DNA of 64,000 nucleotides from Eledone cirrhosa. Lineage: Eukaryota. Below the pieces are notes generated by a model. That model made no database searches and was not told the DNA's origin. It saw only the letters and a program-made list of their open reading frames with translations. A program made the position numbers and the translations under genes. Within the stretch, counting starts at the first letter, position 1. Each line of letters starts with the position of its first letter. Shown in pieces: positions 39,635-52,480 of the stretch. The DNA is taken from the NCBI GenBank assembly GCA_964016885.1, contig OZ024741.1:17980001-18044000 (forward strand), written 5' to 3'.

Positions 39635-42550
39635 GTTGACTTAGATAGACTTCATAGACAGAGACTGGAAGCTAAACGCGTCATTAACAGCGCGCAAGGC
39701 CTACAGAGACCAGATTAGTGAACTAGTTAAGCGGGTGTTCACGGGAGACATCGTCAACAACGAAACGTGATTTGCTCTGAAAAGAGCGATTAGAATAGAG
39801 TCCATTAAGTTTAGTAAGGCTTTAGCAATAGAGAAAAATAGAGCCGAGGGAGAACTAGTTAGAAAATTAGACGAGGCGCTTAGTAAAGGCATCGCGACCA
39901 AACGTACTTGCGGCGAAATAGGCCCTTGACCAATTCTTCAATGCATTGTCAGAGCTAAGGTGCGTGCTCTCAGACACGACGGGACGAAGCCGTTCAATGG
40001 GCCCGAGTGGCGGAGGCGCGTCGTGGCAACAAAGCCACGATCCGGTCTTTGGTGGACCATGACAGGCGCATGCTACTCAATCCCGGGAAAATATGTGAAG
40101 CTTTCCAGCGACACTTCTCTCAGCTGTTCGGCGGCAGCGGCGCGCCGGATCGAAGGATGGACTTTAGTGCCTACCTCGACGGACTGCTGCGGCTCTCGCC
40201 CACTGAGGCGGAGTATTGCGAAAAGCCGATAACGGCCGCTGAAGTACGGGAGGGAATGACTACACAAGGGGTAAATCGCCTGGTTTGGATGGTCTGCCCT
40301 ATGAACTTTACGTACAGATGCCAGACTTGTTCGGAGGCCTCTTGGCGGACGTCTACTGCAACTGGCAACAGAACGCAAGAATTCCCAGCTCTGTGATCCG
40401 AGGAGCGGTGGCGCTGCTGAGAAAGGATCCGAACAAGGGGGATAACATAGATAATTTCAGGCCCATAACTCTGTTAAACACAGAGTTCAAGATTTTGTCC
40501 AAGTTGCTAGCAAAGAGGTTGGCGCTTGTCGTTGGTGGTCTGGTGGGAGAGGCACAGACATGCGCCATTCCCGACAGATCCATCCACGACAACCTCCACC
40601 TCATGCGATACATTTAGGATCGGGTAGCTAGGGAACCTGGCACGGGTGGGTCCTTGATCAATTTAGTTCAGTCGAAAGCTTTCGATAGGGTCGACCATCG
40701 TTATCTGGCGGCAGTCCTGAGGGCGGCTGGCTTTGGGCCCGTCTTCAGAGGCTGGATCGCTGCCATGTACAGCGACATCTGCTCTGTGGTGAGGGTGAAC
40801 GGTCACCTTTCGGAACCGTTCAACATCATGCGCTCGGTCCGCCAAGGATGTCCCCTCTCGTCCCTATTGTACGTATTGACTCTCGAGCCATTACTGCACA
40901 AACTGGAGACGTTGAGGGGGGTCCCGCACGAACTAGCATATGCCGACGATGTCACCGTAGTGGTGTCGAACGCCAAACACATCGAGGCGATCGGCACTAC
41001 ACTAAGAGAATACGAAGCGGTGACAGGAGCAATGATCAACCAGGAAAAGTCAGTGGGCCTGCAGCTGGGCACCTGGAGAGGCAGGTCCATGCCGTCCAAC
41101 AGCGTCGTCGGGCGCTGGACGGACGGACCGGTTAAATTGCTAGGGGTCTGGTTCGGTCCAGACCTCCAGACGGACAAAAACTGGGACGAGGTGACGAGCA
41201 GGGTGGCTTCTCTCACCCAGAAATGGGCGGAGAGGAAGCTATCCCTGAAAGCTCGAGCGGAGGTGGCTAATGCGTACATCGCGTCCGTCATCTACTACCG
41301 CCTGACCGACGTACCTTGTCCTAAGCTTCGCCTGACTGCGCTGGAGCGTTTGCTCTTTCGCTTTTTGTGGAAGGGACGCGTTCCGATGGTTAGGCTGTCC
41401 ATCTGCTGTCAACACCCGCTACGTAGAGGGCTGGGCATGCCGTGGCTGATGATGCACAGACACGCGCTCAGGCTACGACATCTCCACCTCTTCCTCGACG
41501 GTGATCAGGTGTGGTCGCCATTTGCTAGACGCGTCTTTCCCCAGCTCGTTTCCTTGACGGAGCTGCAGTCCTGGGTCAAGCGAAGACCGAGAGGGAGCGC
41601 TTGGATACTGGAATGTCTTCAGGCGCTCACAACCCTCGACCAATCGGGCAATGTGATCGGTGGAAACTCCACCTTGGCGTTCTATAGAGGATTAGTGAAG
41701 GGGAAGAGCGTCGACGTACTTGGGGAAACTCTAGGCGTCGACGAAAATCAACTAGCTAATCTCTGCGGAAGAATTTTCGGGCCTATGGACAACTTCCAGA
41801 AATCCCTGGCCTGGCAGTGCTACCGAGGAGCTTTGCCAGTTCGGGATAAACTCTACAGGCATGGAGCTGCCGTCAGCCGGGAATGTCCGAGATCCGCGCA
41901 GGGCGACGAAACCGTCCTGCACGCACTCGTCCAGTGTCCGAGCATTTCTGACTTGTGGGTTTATGTCGACACCTGCTGTCGAGTGTAGGACGGATCCAGC
42001 TATCAGCTGAGTCCATCGTGAGGATTGCCCCGCCCTCTTCCTTTAGCCGGGAAGGGCAGGCAATTTTTATCTGTCTGGTGGCCATGGCGAAAGAGATAGT
42101 ATGGTGGACACGTTTGAATGGGCTGAAGACGAGCACTTACCTCTTCGGTGATGCCCTGATTAACTTTTTCAAATTTTATTTGAAAAGAAAAATCAGGGTA
42201 GAGGGGGAAGTGCTCTCTTCCCAGCATTTTGTTGAAAGATGGGTGAGAGAGGCAAGAATGGCCCGAGTGAATGGGCCTACTCTGAGTATGTGTCTGTAAA
42301 TTAAGGGTGGAAAACTGGGAGAGGACACTTGCCCTGGTGGTCAGGGTCACTGTGGCTTTTTAATGGGCTTTCTCCACAAATGTCCCTCGGAAGTCTCCCC
42401 TCTATTGGGGAATTTTTTCATTGTTTTATTATTACATCCTCTTTTTCTTGTTTTTTACACGCAGAAATGCCCATTTGTACCGTCCTGTATTGTCCTGTAC
42501 TGTCCTTAATGTCTACTTTATGTAGACCCTTGTGGTTAATAAAGAAAGCA
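39635..42550 (+). mobile_element. Tx1 family B copy B1, 5'-truncated, decayed ORF2
   Basis: Collinear with 45516-48458; RT motifs, multiple indels; (TTA)n tail. Confidence 0.92.
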
Positions 42551-42790
42551 TTATTATTGTTTTTATTATTATTATTATTATTGGCGACCTACGTAGTAAA
42601 TCGTATCATCGTGAGCTCTGCAAAGGTTTGTTATTTCCGTTTGTTAAAAATTGTCATTTATGGAAAATTTTATTGTTAACTGTTTATAAGCGCACATACA
42701 TTGTTTTCCGAAAAGGACACCCAAAAAGATTGGGGCCTTGTGCCCAAAATTTTAACTTTTATTATTATCCAGAAATTTCTTTGAAAAAAA

Positions 42791-44780
42791 ATGGCTAATT
42801 CCCCTCTGCACGAAGCAGCTGAAAGCCTTCCTCACAAAATAACACCTCACACCGACACCACCATTGTAAATGTTACTACGTTTGCCAACACAAAAAAAAA
42901 TATAAGCAGTAGCAATATTTTAAATTTGTCTCAGGCAGACATTCATTTCCCGCCATTACCAATGACTGCAGGTGTTAAACCCTCCACCACCACCACCACC
43001 GCGACAACCACCACCACCACCACCACCACCGCGACAACAGAAACAAAAGAAGAAAAAAATAAATTAACTCGTGACGTCGAAATGAAATCAAGCAAAATGG
43101 ACTCTTCCCCACCAAAGACGACTGACGTCACCACCACCACAACTGAAAATAAAATTAATATTAACGATAGCAACAACAACAACAATGACATTATAAAACC
43201 AACCCTCAGTTTCGCCATCGTAGCAAAACAATTCGAAGCGTTCACGGTAACTCAAGAAGATTTAGAAAATGCCAAACAAATGGTAAAGAAAGATGGGTAC
43301 AGGGTCAGCCTCACCCCCCCCCCCCCTAATAAAATGGAGCATCGGCGCCTGTGCACCGTGTCGTATAGAACAATAAATGTAAAATCGCGCCGAGTGGAAC
43401 GGGCATCCGAGTCCCAAATCCAAAAAGCTTTGGGACATGTGTGGGCAAGAAAAACCCACATCAGACGTGGGCAAAAGTATGGAACCGTGGATGTGTTCTT
43501 TGAAACACCAGAGGAGGCTAGAGAACACTCCATGGCCCCATTAAAAAGTGACGACCTCACACTCGTCCCAAGCTATTGTGGCCAGAGACTCGTAAAGATC
43601 AGGGTGACCCACGTTCCACCGGCCATCGAAATTCCCTGGCTAATAGCGGCTGTCCTCGCCGGCATCGAAGCCAACACGAAAATAATAGCAGTAGCAAAAG
43701 AAAAGCAGGAAAACTGGTCCGGATCTGGGATGGAGCTCCTGATCCAAGCGGACCAAAAAAGCATTGAGGAGATCCCAGAGGTAATAGACCTCACTGACGG
43801 CAGCCACCTCACGGTAATTGTCGAGGGCAGAAGACCTAGGTGTGTCGTTTGTGGTGAAGGAACCCACCTAAGGGCTTTCTGCCCTCAGGCTAAAAGGTTG
43901 AGGCCACCTCTCCTACCCACCCCAGTGACCAAACCATCAACACCACCAGTAGCAGAGATGGCAGCAACAACTGTAGCAGCAACAACAGAAGCAACTATAA
44001 CAGCAACAACCCCAGCAACAGTAGCAAAACCAACACCACTACCACCACCAGCAAAACCAACACCACCACCACCCAACGCTTCAGAACTAGCACCAGCGCC
44101 TACACCATCCACCACACCACAACCAAAACTAACGGCTGTGGAGGATTGTCCACTCCCCGGCCTATCACAACTGGAGACAGATTGTGACGACGAGGAGTGG
44201 GAAACGATATCCGGAAAAAAAAAGAAACCAAAAAAGAAAAAATTCTCTTCCTTCCCCCTCCAAAAACAAAATACAGAGGGAAACAAATAAACTAAGAAAC
44301 AAAAAAGTTAGGACAGATATGCCACCATCCACACCAGCATCACCAACTCCATCAACCCAAACACCAACACCATCACCATCATTAACTCCAACACCACCAT
44401 CACCTACACCACAAAAGTCACCAAAATGTGAAACAGAAACAAACCTACAACAAACGCAAACAAAACAAAACAACCAAAACGATACACACTACACAGCATT
44501 AAATTTGAACAACAAGCAATTATTACACTACATCCAACACAACACCAGCATCACAGAAAAAGACTACACAACAACCCCAAAATTCACACCACCTCCACAC
44601 ATACAAATCACTCGCATCACACAGAAAACGTACATGACACTAAAACAAAAATTCCCCAAAGACATCGGAGACTTCCGACAAGCACTCTCCAGGAGGATTT
44701 ATAAGGACATCCTTCCTGAGGAGGCCACAAGCAGTGAAAAGGATGGAAAAGCCGTCCTTCCCCTATGAGAAGTAAGGTAA
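42791..44780 (+). pseudogene. Family B ORF1 (frameshift near 44220-44240; TGA four codons before the homologous TAA)
   Basis: Homologous to A ORF1 (KSRRVERASESQIQKALG; CVVCGEGTHLRAFC). Confidence 0.88.
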
Positions 44781-44814
44781 GTGGTCTTTCCCATCTTTTC
44801 CACTCCTTTTCAAC

Positions 44815-47800
44815 ATGACCTCACTCAGAATAGGCAGCATAAATGCGCGTGGCTTGGGGTCGTCATGGAAGCAGGGCCACCTGCTCAACGACCTCAGGTC
44901 ACTAAACATAGATGTAGTGGCCATCAGCGAGACCAGAATCTCCGAAGCACAGGCTTTCGCACCGATCTTCGGCGGCTACGATGTGTACGCATCTCCCAGC
45001 CGTCCGGGATCGGGGGGAGGAGTTGCTGTGCTTTTTCGGAGAGGTTTGGATCTTGCCATACGGACCATCTTCCTGGACCCAGAAGGTAAGTTGGTGGTGC
45101 TGGACGTGACCAGCGGAGACGGGCAAGCTTTCAGGTTAGTGGCCGTCTATGCCCCGACAGGAGCAGGGCGGCCTGATTTCTTCCGGCGTCTGGAGACCTT
45201 TCTTGGAACGTCCCGCTCTTTAGTGTTAGTGGGCGACTGGAACGGGATCTTAGATGCACGCTGGGATTGTGTGGGATTAGTGGATAGGGAAGGAGGGTGC
45301 AAGAGTCTCACCAACCTGCTCAGACGTTTTGAACTGTCTGACAGGTACCGAATGGATTTCCCGAATGTACCAATGTGGACTTGGACAAATCGCATAGGGT
45401 CATCCAGATCATATCTAGATAGAGTATTTTGTAGGGAAATGGATAGGTCTAGCATAGGCTGTCCACAATTCAAGATAGTCAGCTACACGGACCACAAATT
45501 CGTGATCTGTGTGCTTGACTTATATAGGCTTCATAGACGAGGACCCGGCTACTGGAAGCTAAACGCGTCCTTACCAGCGCGCAAGGCCTACAGAGACCGG
45601 ATTAGCGAACTAGTTAAGCGGGCGTTGACGGGGGCCATCGTCAACAACAAGTGGTGGTTTGCTCTGAAAAGAGCAATTAGAATAGAGTCCATTAGGTTTA
45701 GTAAGACTTTAGCAATAGAGAAAAATAGAGCAGAGGGAGAATTAGTTAGAAAATTAGATGAGGCGCTTAGCAAAGGCATCGCGACCGACGTACTTGCGGC
45801 GAAATTGGCCCTTGACCAATTCTTCAATGCAAAGCACGAAGGCTGCGTTGTCAGAGCTAGGGTGCGTGCTCTCAGACACGAGGGGACGAAAGCCGTTCAA
45901 TGGGCCCGAGTGGCGGAGGCGCGTCGTGGCAACAAAGCCACGATCCGGTCTTTGGTGGACCACGACGGGCGCATGCTATTCGATCCCGGGCAAATGTGTG
46001 AAGCTTTTCAGCGACACTTCGCTCAACTGTTCGGGGGCAGTGGCGGGCCGGATCGAGGGATGGACTTTAGTGTCTACCTCGACGGACTGCCGCGGCTTTC
46101 GGCCACTGAGGCGGAGTGTTGCGAAAGCCGATAACAACCGCTGAAGTACGGGATGCAATGACTAGTTGCACAAGGGGTAAATCGCCTGGTTTGGATGGTC
46201 TGCCCTATGAACTTTACGTACAAATGCCAAACTTGTTCGGAGGCCTCTTGGCCGACGTCTACTGCAACTGGCAATAGAACGGGAGAATTCCCAGCTCTGT
46301 GAGCCGAGGAGCGGTGGCGCTTCTGAGAAAGGATCCGAACAAGGGGGATAACATAGATAATTTTAGGCCCATAACTCTGCTAAACACAGAGTTCAAGATT
46401 TTGGCCAAGGTGCTAGCAAAGAGGTTGGCGCTTGTCGTTGGTGGTCTGGTGGGAGAGGCACAGACATGCGCCATTCCCGACAGATCCATCCACGACAACC
46501 TCCACCTCATGCGATACATCGTAGAGAGGGTAGCTAGGGAACCTGGCACGGGTGGGTCTTTGATCAATTTAGATCAGTCGAAAGCCTTCGATAGGGTCGA
46601 CCATCGTTATCTGGCGGCAGTCCTGAGGGCGGCTGGCTTTGGGCCCGTCTTCAGAGGCTGGATCGCTGCCATGCACAGCGACATCTGCTCTGTAGTGAGA
46701 GTGAACGGTCACCTTTCGGAACCGTTCAACATCATGCGCTCGGTCCGCCAAGGATGTCCCCTCTCGTCCCTATTGTACGTATTGACTCTCGAGCCATTAC
46801 TGCACAAACTGGAGACGTTGAGGGGGGTCCCGCACGAACTAGCATATGCCGACGATGTCACCGTAGTGGTGTCGAACGCCAAACACATCGAGGCGATCGG
46901 CACTACACTAAGAGAATACGAAGCGGTGACAGGAGCAATGATCAACCAGGAAAAGTCAGTGGGCCTGCAGCTGGGCACCTGGAGAGGCAGGTCCATGCCG
47001 TCCAACAGCGTCGTCGGGCGCTGGACGGACGGACCGGTTAAATTGCTAGGGGTCTGGTTCGGTCCAGACCTCCAGACGGACAAAAACTGGGACGAGGTGA
47101 CGAGCAGGGTGGCTTCTCTCACCCAGAAATGGGCCGAGAGGAAGCTATCCCTGAAAGGTCGAGCGGAGGTGGCTACCGCGTACATCGCATCCGTCATCTA
47201 CTACCGCCTGACCGTCGTACCTTGTCCTAAGCCCCGCCTGACTGCGCTGGAGCGTTTGCTCTTTCGCTTCTTGTGGAAGGGACGCGCTCCGATGGTAAGG
47301 CGGTCCATCTGCTGTCAACACCCGCTACGTGGAGGGCTGGGCATGCCGTGGCTGATGATGCGCAGACACGCGCTCAGGCTACGACATCTCCACCTCTTCC
47401 TCGACGGTGATCAGGTGTGGTCGCCGTTTGCAAGACACGTTTTTCCCCAGCTCGTCTCCTTGACGGAGCTGCAGTCCTGGGTCAAGCGAAGACCGAGAGG
47501 GAGCGCTTGGAGACTGGAATGTCTTCAGGCGCTCACAGCCCTCGACCAATCGAGCAATGTGATCGGTGGAAACTCCACCTTGGCGTTCTATAGAGGATTA
47601 GTGGAGGGGAAGAGCGACGACGTACTTGGGGAAACTCTAGGCGTCGACGAAAATCAACTAGCCAATCTCTTCGGAAGAACTTTCGGGCCAGGGCCTATGG
47701 ACAACTTCCAGAAATCTCTGGCCTGGCAGTGCTACCGAGGAGCCTTGCCAGTTCGGGATAAACTCTACAGGCATGGAGGTGCCGTCAGCCGGGCATGTCC

Positions 47801-48209
47801 GAGATGCGCGCAGGGCGACGAAACCGTCCTGCACGCACTCGTCCAGTGTCCGAAAATTGCTGACTTGTGGGTTTATGTCGAACACCTGCTGTCGCTTTTA
47901 GGATGGATCCGGCTATCATCTGAGTCCATCGTGAGGATTGCCCCGCCCTCCTTTAGCCGGGAAGGGCAGGCAGTTTTTATCTGCCTGGTGGCCATGGCGA
48001 AAGAGATAGTATGGTGGACACGTTTGAAAGGGCTGAAGACGAGCACTTACCTCTTCGGTGATGCTCTGATTGACTTTTTCAAATTTCATTTGAAAAGGAA
48101 AATCAGAGTAGAGAGGGAAGTGCTCTCTTCCCAGCATTTTGTTGAAAGATGGGTGAGAGAAGCAAGAATGGCCCGAGTGAATGGGCCTACTCTGAGTATA
48201 TATCTGTAA
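44815..48209 (+). pseudogene. Family B ORF2 (APE-RT-Zn knuckle), 1-nt deletion near 46125 and stop near 46275
   Basis: ORFs 44815-46134 and 46299-48209; QGCPLS, YADD. Confidence 0.93.
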
Positions 48210-48485
48210 ATTAAAGGTGGAAAACTGGGAGAGGGCACTTGCCTTGGTGGTCAGGGTCATTGTGGCTTTTTACTGGGCTTTCTCCACAAATGTCCCTCCG
48301 AAGTCTCCCCCTATTGGGAATTTTTCATTGTTATTTTTTGTTACATCCTCTGTTTTTGTTTTTTACACGCAGAAATGCCCATTTGTACCGTCCTGCATTG
48401 TCCTGCACTTTCCTTAATATCTACTTTATGTAAACCCTTGTGGTTAATAAAGAAATCATTATTATTATTATTATTGTTATTGTTA

Positions 48486-50545
48486 TTCCTTGAATCTCAG
48501 TCATTGATGTTGGTTAACTGGAAAGTCCGTTGGATTGAATATCAAGCCACTACCTGCAGCCTCAGATATTCAGGACGTATCGGAGGGTTCTTGCCGTTCC
48601 AAGCAAGCATGCCTTTTGAAGCGTTCCAAAAAGCGTGAAGGGGCCGATTTTCTTTAACCATCCCTGGAAACCTTTGGAGATAGTCCCCAGTGCGCCTATG
48701 ACAATCGGGATCATTTTGACTTCATGGCAGTTCCAAATCCTTTTCACCTCCCACTTTAGGTCCTGGTATCGGTTAATTTTCTCCCTCTCCTTCTCTTGCA
48801 CTCTCGTGTCGAACGGGCAGGCCACATCCACAATCAGGCACGATCTTTTTTCTTTGTCCACAACCACCAGGTCAGGTCTATTGTGTTCCAGTTTTTTGTC
48901 CGTCTGTATCCTAAAATCCCACAGCACCTTCACCTGACTGTTCTCCATCACCGCCTCTGGCCTATGCTCATACCATTTCTCAGAATGTGGTAGATTGTTT
49001 ACTTTGCACAGGTGCCAGTGGATCACCCTGCCCATCACATCGTGTCTCCAGCCCTTATAGTGGGTCTGGGCTAGGTGTTTACACTCGGACACAATGTGGG
49101 CCACAGTCTCCTCTCTCTCTCCACAGATCCTGCACAGTGGGCTAGCCTCCTCCTTGTAGATATGGTGCTTCAACCACTTCGTTTTGAGGGCCTGCTCCTG
49201 CGCAGCCATTAGCATTCCTTCTGTAGCCTTTTTGAGGTCTCCTCTTCTCAACCAGTTCCATGTCTGTGGATCTCTAAATTCAGTTTTCTCAAAGAAGGTA
49301 CTATGAAGGGATTTTCCCTTAAGGCTGCTCTTCCTCCTTGATGTTATTTCCTCCTTGGATATCCCCTGGCCTACTGTCCCCTCCTTCAGTACAGCTCTGA
49401 GCATTGGCTCCTTACTATAGGTCACGTATTTGTATAGGTTGTTTTTCTCCATCTGAACACAGTCCTCTATGCTGATAAGACCTCTTCCACCCTCAGATCT
49501 CCTTAGGTAGAGTCTATCGACATCACTCCTCTTGTGGAACATGTTGTAGATAGTCAATAGCTTCCTAGTCTTCCTATCCATTTCTTTTTGTTCAGCAACA
49601 TTCCATCTCAGAATTCCCGCACTGTACCTAATAATAGACACAGCTCGGGAATTTACTGCGCTTATGGCATTTCTGCTGTTCAGATGTGACTTCAATACGC
49701 TCCTTACTCTCCGAATGTATTCAGTTCTTAACAATTCCTTCATTTTTTTGTTCTTTATGCCATCAGCCTCCAGAACGTCCAAATACTTGTATCCTTCCTC
49801 AGAGTCAATTTCCTTTATCATCTCACCTGTTGGTATCTGGATCCCGTTACTTCTGCTCAACCTACCCCTCCTCATCACAATGACTCCACATTTACCAATA
49901 CCAAACTGCATACATATATCACTGCTGAAAATACGGACAGTGTCAACAAGCACATCCAACTCCTTCTCACTTTTCCCGAAGAGCTTAAGATCGTCCATGA
50001 AGAGGAGGTGATTGATGGTAAGCTCTCCCCTTCCCAACTTGTATCCTGCTCTCACTTTTCGCAGCATAATGGTCAAGGGCATCAGGGCAAGGACAAACAA
50101 CAGAGGGGACAGGCTATCTCCCTGGAAGATACCTCTCTTGATCTTCACGCTTCCCAAGGATACTCCAGTTGATGTCAACTCTGTCTCCCAGGACCCCATA
50201 CTCCTGCCCAGCAACTGTCTGATGTTATCTGCCACCCTGAAGATCTCCAGGCTTTTGGTGATCCAGGAATGAGGCACCATGTCAAATGCCTTTCTGTAGT
50301 CTATCCATCCCATGGCAAGATCAGTGTGTCTCCTCCTGCAATTCCCCATTACCATCTTATCAATAAGCAACTGGTCCTTTGTACCACGTGACTTCTTTCG
50401 GCATCCTTTCTGTTCGTCCGGTAACAAGTTGTTTGTGTGGAGGTGATGGTAGATTTCCTCAGACACAATGCTCGTCAACAGTTTCCACATTACGGGCAGA
50501 CATGTGATAGGTCTATAGTTGGTAACATCATTATAGTTGGTAACA

Positions 50546-50549
<4 letters not shown>
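48486..50549 (-). mobile_element. R4/Dong-like family D2, 5'-truncated, open RT-RLE frame ending at 48562
   Basis: [31 protein letters not shown] motifs; (TAA)n on both sides. Confidence 0.93.
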
Positions 50550-50609
<60 letters not shown>

Positions 50610-51149
50610 AATCATGTATGTGTAGTATGTATATATATATATATATGTGCATGTCCATGTATATATCCGGTCTAAAGTCAGTTTCGTTTATATTAATGTC
50701 TTTTAATGTCCCACAACTTCACAGAAATCAATAAAATAGCAACAGTAAATATATCCAGTAAATATATATAAATGACCACAGTCCTGTGACTGAAACTAGT
50801 TAGATAACATTTAGTAGAAAATGTAAAACTGCTATGAGGATCACAATAAGGCTAACATATAACAATAATATTAATACTAACATATGTTAAAGGATCGATA
50901 ATCGATTCACAATATTCATAGTTTTTTCAATTTACATTGAAATAAAAAATACGTTTATATGTTTATATGTCTATATCCTCAATATTTATATATATATATA
51001 CACACATTTACACAATCCCTGTTAAACTTTGTACTGTATATATATATATATATATAGTGTTAATATCAATGTATATATAACAAATAAATAAACAACCTCC
51101 CTCTTACACCAGTGGCCAACCAATACAGGCTGGAGATAAAATGTGTAAC

Positions 51150-51215
51150 AACAAGGGCGGTGCCCCAGCATGGCCTCAGCCGGATGGCTGGAACAGGTAA
51201 AAGAGTAAAAGAGTA
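51150..51215 (+). mobile_element. SINE/LINE-type 3' tail fragment (also at about 23270-23310)
   Basis: GGTGCCCCAGCATGGCC..GGCTGRAACAGGTAAAA; the CAGCATGGCC..AACAGGTAAAA part occurs twice. Confidence 0.6.
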
Positions 51216-51521
51216 ACCAGGGTTTAACTATATTATTTAATAGATTTACGTACGTTTCTTTCGAAAATTATTTATTTACTATAGTTTATAACTTTCCCTA
51301 TTAATCCGTATGGTGAGCAAATGGGGTCCCACGTGCTGGACTCCCCACAGCCCCGGCGGATAGGATGGAGAAGGCGTTTCCCCGGGGGACGGCAAGGGAG
51401 ACGCGCTGGAAAAGCCATTCCAACTCGCGAGGCTCACACCTGCGACTGGCCAGCTCCGCGCCTATATACAGAACGAATTACCGTTTATCCCTCTGTATTG
51501 AATTTTTCAGAATCATTAAAT

Positions 51522-51708
51522 AATTGTTTCTACTATTGGCACAAGGCCAGCAATTATCCCAGTGTATTACTGGTACTTTATTTTATAGACCCTGTAAGGA
51601 TGAAAGGCAAAGTTAACCTCGGCGGGATTTGAACTTAGACCGTAAAGGGGCGTAACTCTATGATGCAAAGCATGACGTCCGCCCCTCTACAGATACTGCC
51701 AATCCGCG
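51522..51708 (-). mobile_element. SINE, same family as 20805
   Basis: Collinear; TTAAATAAT on both sides. Confidence 0.8.
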
Positions 51709-51789
51709 TCCGTTAAATAATATAAAAAAGATAGTTTATTACCGACCACATCTGTGAATGTCTCCAAACAGTAAACTATTGAAAAACGT

Positions 51790-52022
51790 AAAGACTTTAT
51801 TTCACTTTGCTCCAGTCTACTCAGCTGGCAAAAATGAGTTGTACCTGTAATTCGAAAGGTCTGTCATGACACATTCTGTGTCACACTGAATCTCCCTGAG
51901 AACCACGTTAAGGTTACGCGTGCTTGTGGAAGGCTCAGTGACCTGCACGTTAATTTCACGAGTAGACTGTTTCGTTGATCGTAACAAGTGAAGCACTCGT
52001 CGTCGTAACAGACGGAGTGCCG
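51790..52022 (+). mobile_element. Headless body of another SINE family
   Basis: TGCTCCAGTCTACTCAGCTGGCAAAAATGAGT resembles a SINE central domain; recognised from memory only. Confidence 0.5.
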
Positions 52023-52409
52023 GTTATAGAGAAATACTATTACATAGTTTGATATATATACTCGTTTGACCAGTCAAATCTCCTCATGTGGTCTAGAAGA
52101 TGGTAGACATATTTGATAGTATGAACATAGGTTCACTATACCAAGTTAAAAGATGAGATGGTCACGACTGGGATGTCCATAAGTCTACTAAACAAAGATC
52201 CCAACGACTACTAGTAGTACTACTATGGTATTTAATGTAATTATGTTCCAGGTATAGTTGGAACTTCTACGTCACGGCAACGTTTCTCCTCAGAAAATAT
52301 ATTTCTACACTTAATCAGTATTGAGTACTCCTCCTCAGTCAGTTAATGTTTGAAGGATTTAAAATATACGGTATATTATATACATACATATCGATCGACT
52401 TTCGTCAAA

Positions 52410-52480
52410 TCAGACCGAGGAATCGAACTCACAACTTCAAGATTGTGAATCCAATTCTCTAACCACACAGCCACACGCCT
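52410..52480 (-). mobile_element. tRNA-like SINE head
   Basis: A-box TGGCTGTGTGG and B-box GAGTTCGATTCC; poor acceptor stem. Confidence 0.6.

Larger units (their letters stand above)
42583..48458 (+). mobile_element. Tx1 family B copy B2, full length, decayed
   Basis: Starts after (TTA)n at 42551-42582; ends AATAAAGAAATCA-(TTA)n. Confidence 0.95.

Noticed and set aside
50550-50658. Apparent Met start and poly-Asn N-terminus of the 698-aa D2 ORF (likewise the YI start of 55456-57342)
   Set aside because: Flanking microsatellite read in frame with 5'-truncated elements.
50765-50806. Hammerhead-like CACAG/CTGTG..GAAACTAGT
   Set aside because: Core CUGANGA is not recognisable and stem I is poor.
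52410-52480. Possible tRNA gene
   Set aside because: Acceptor stem does not pair; better explained as a SINE head.
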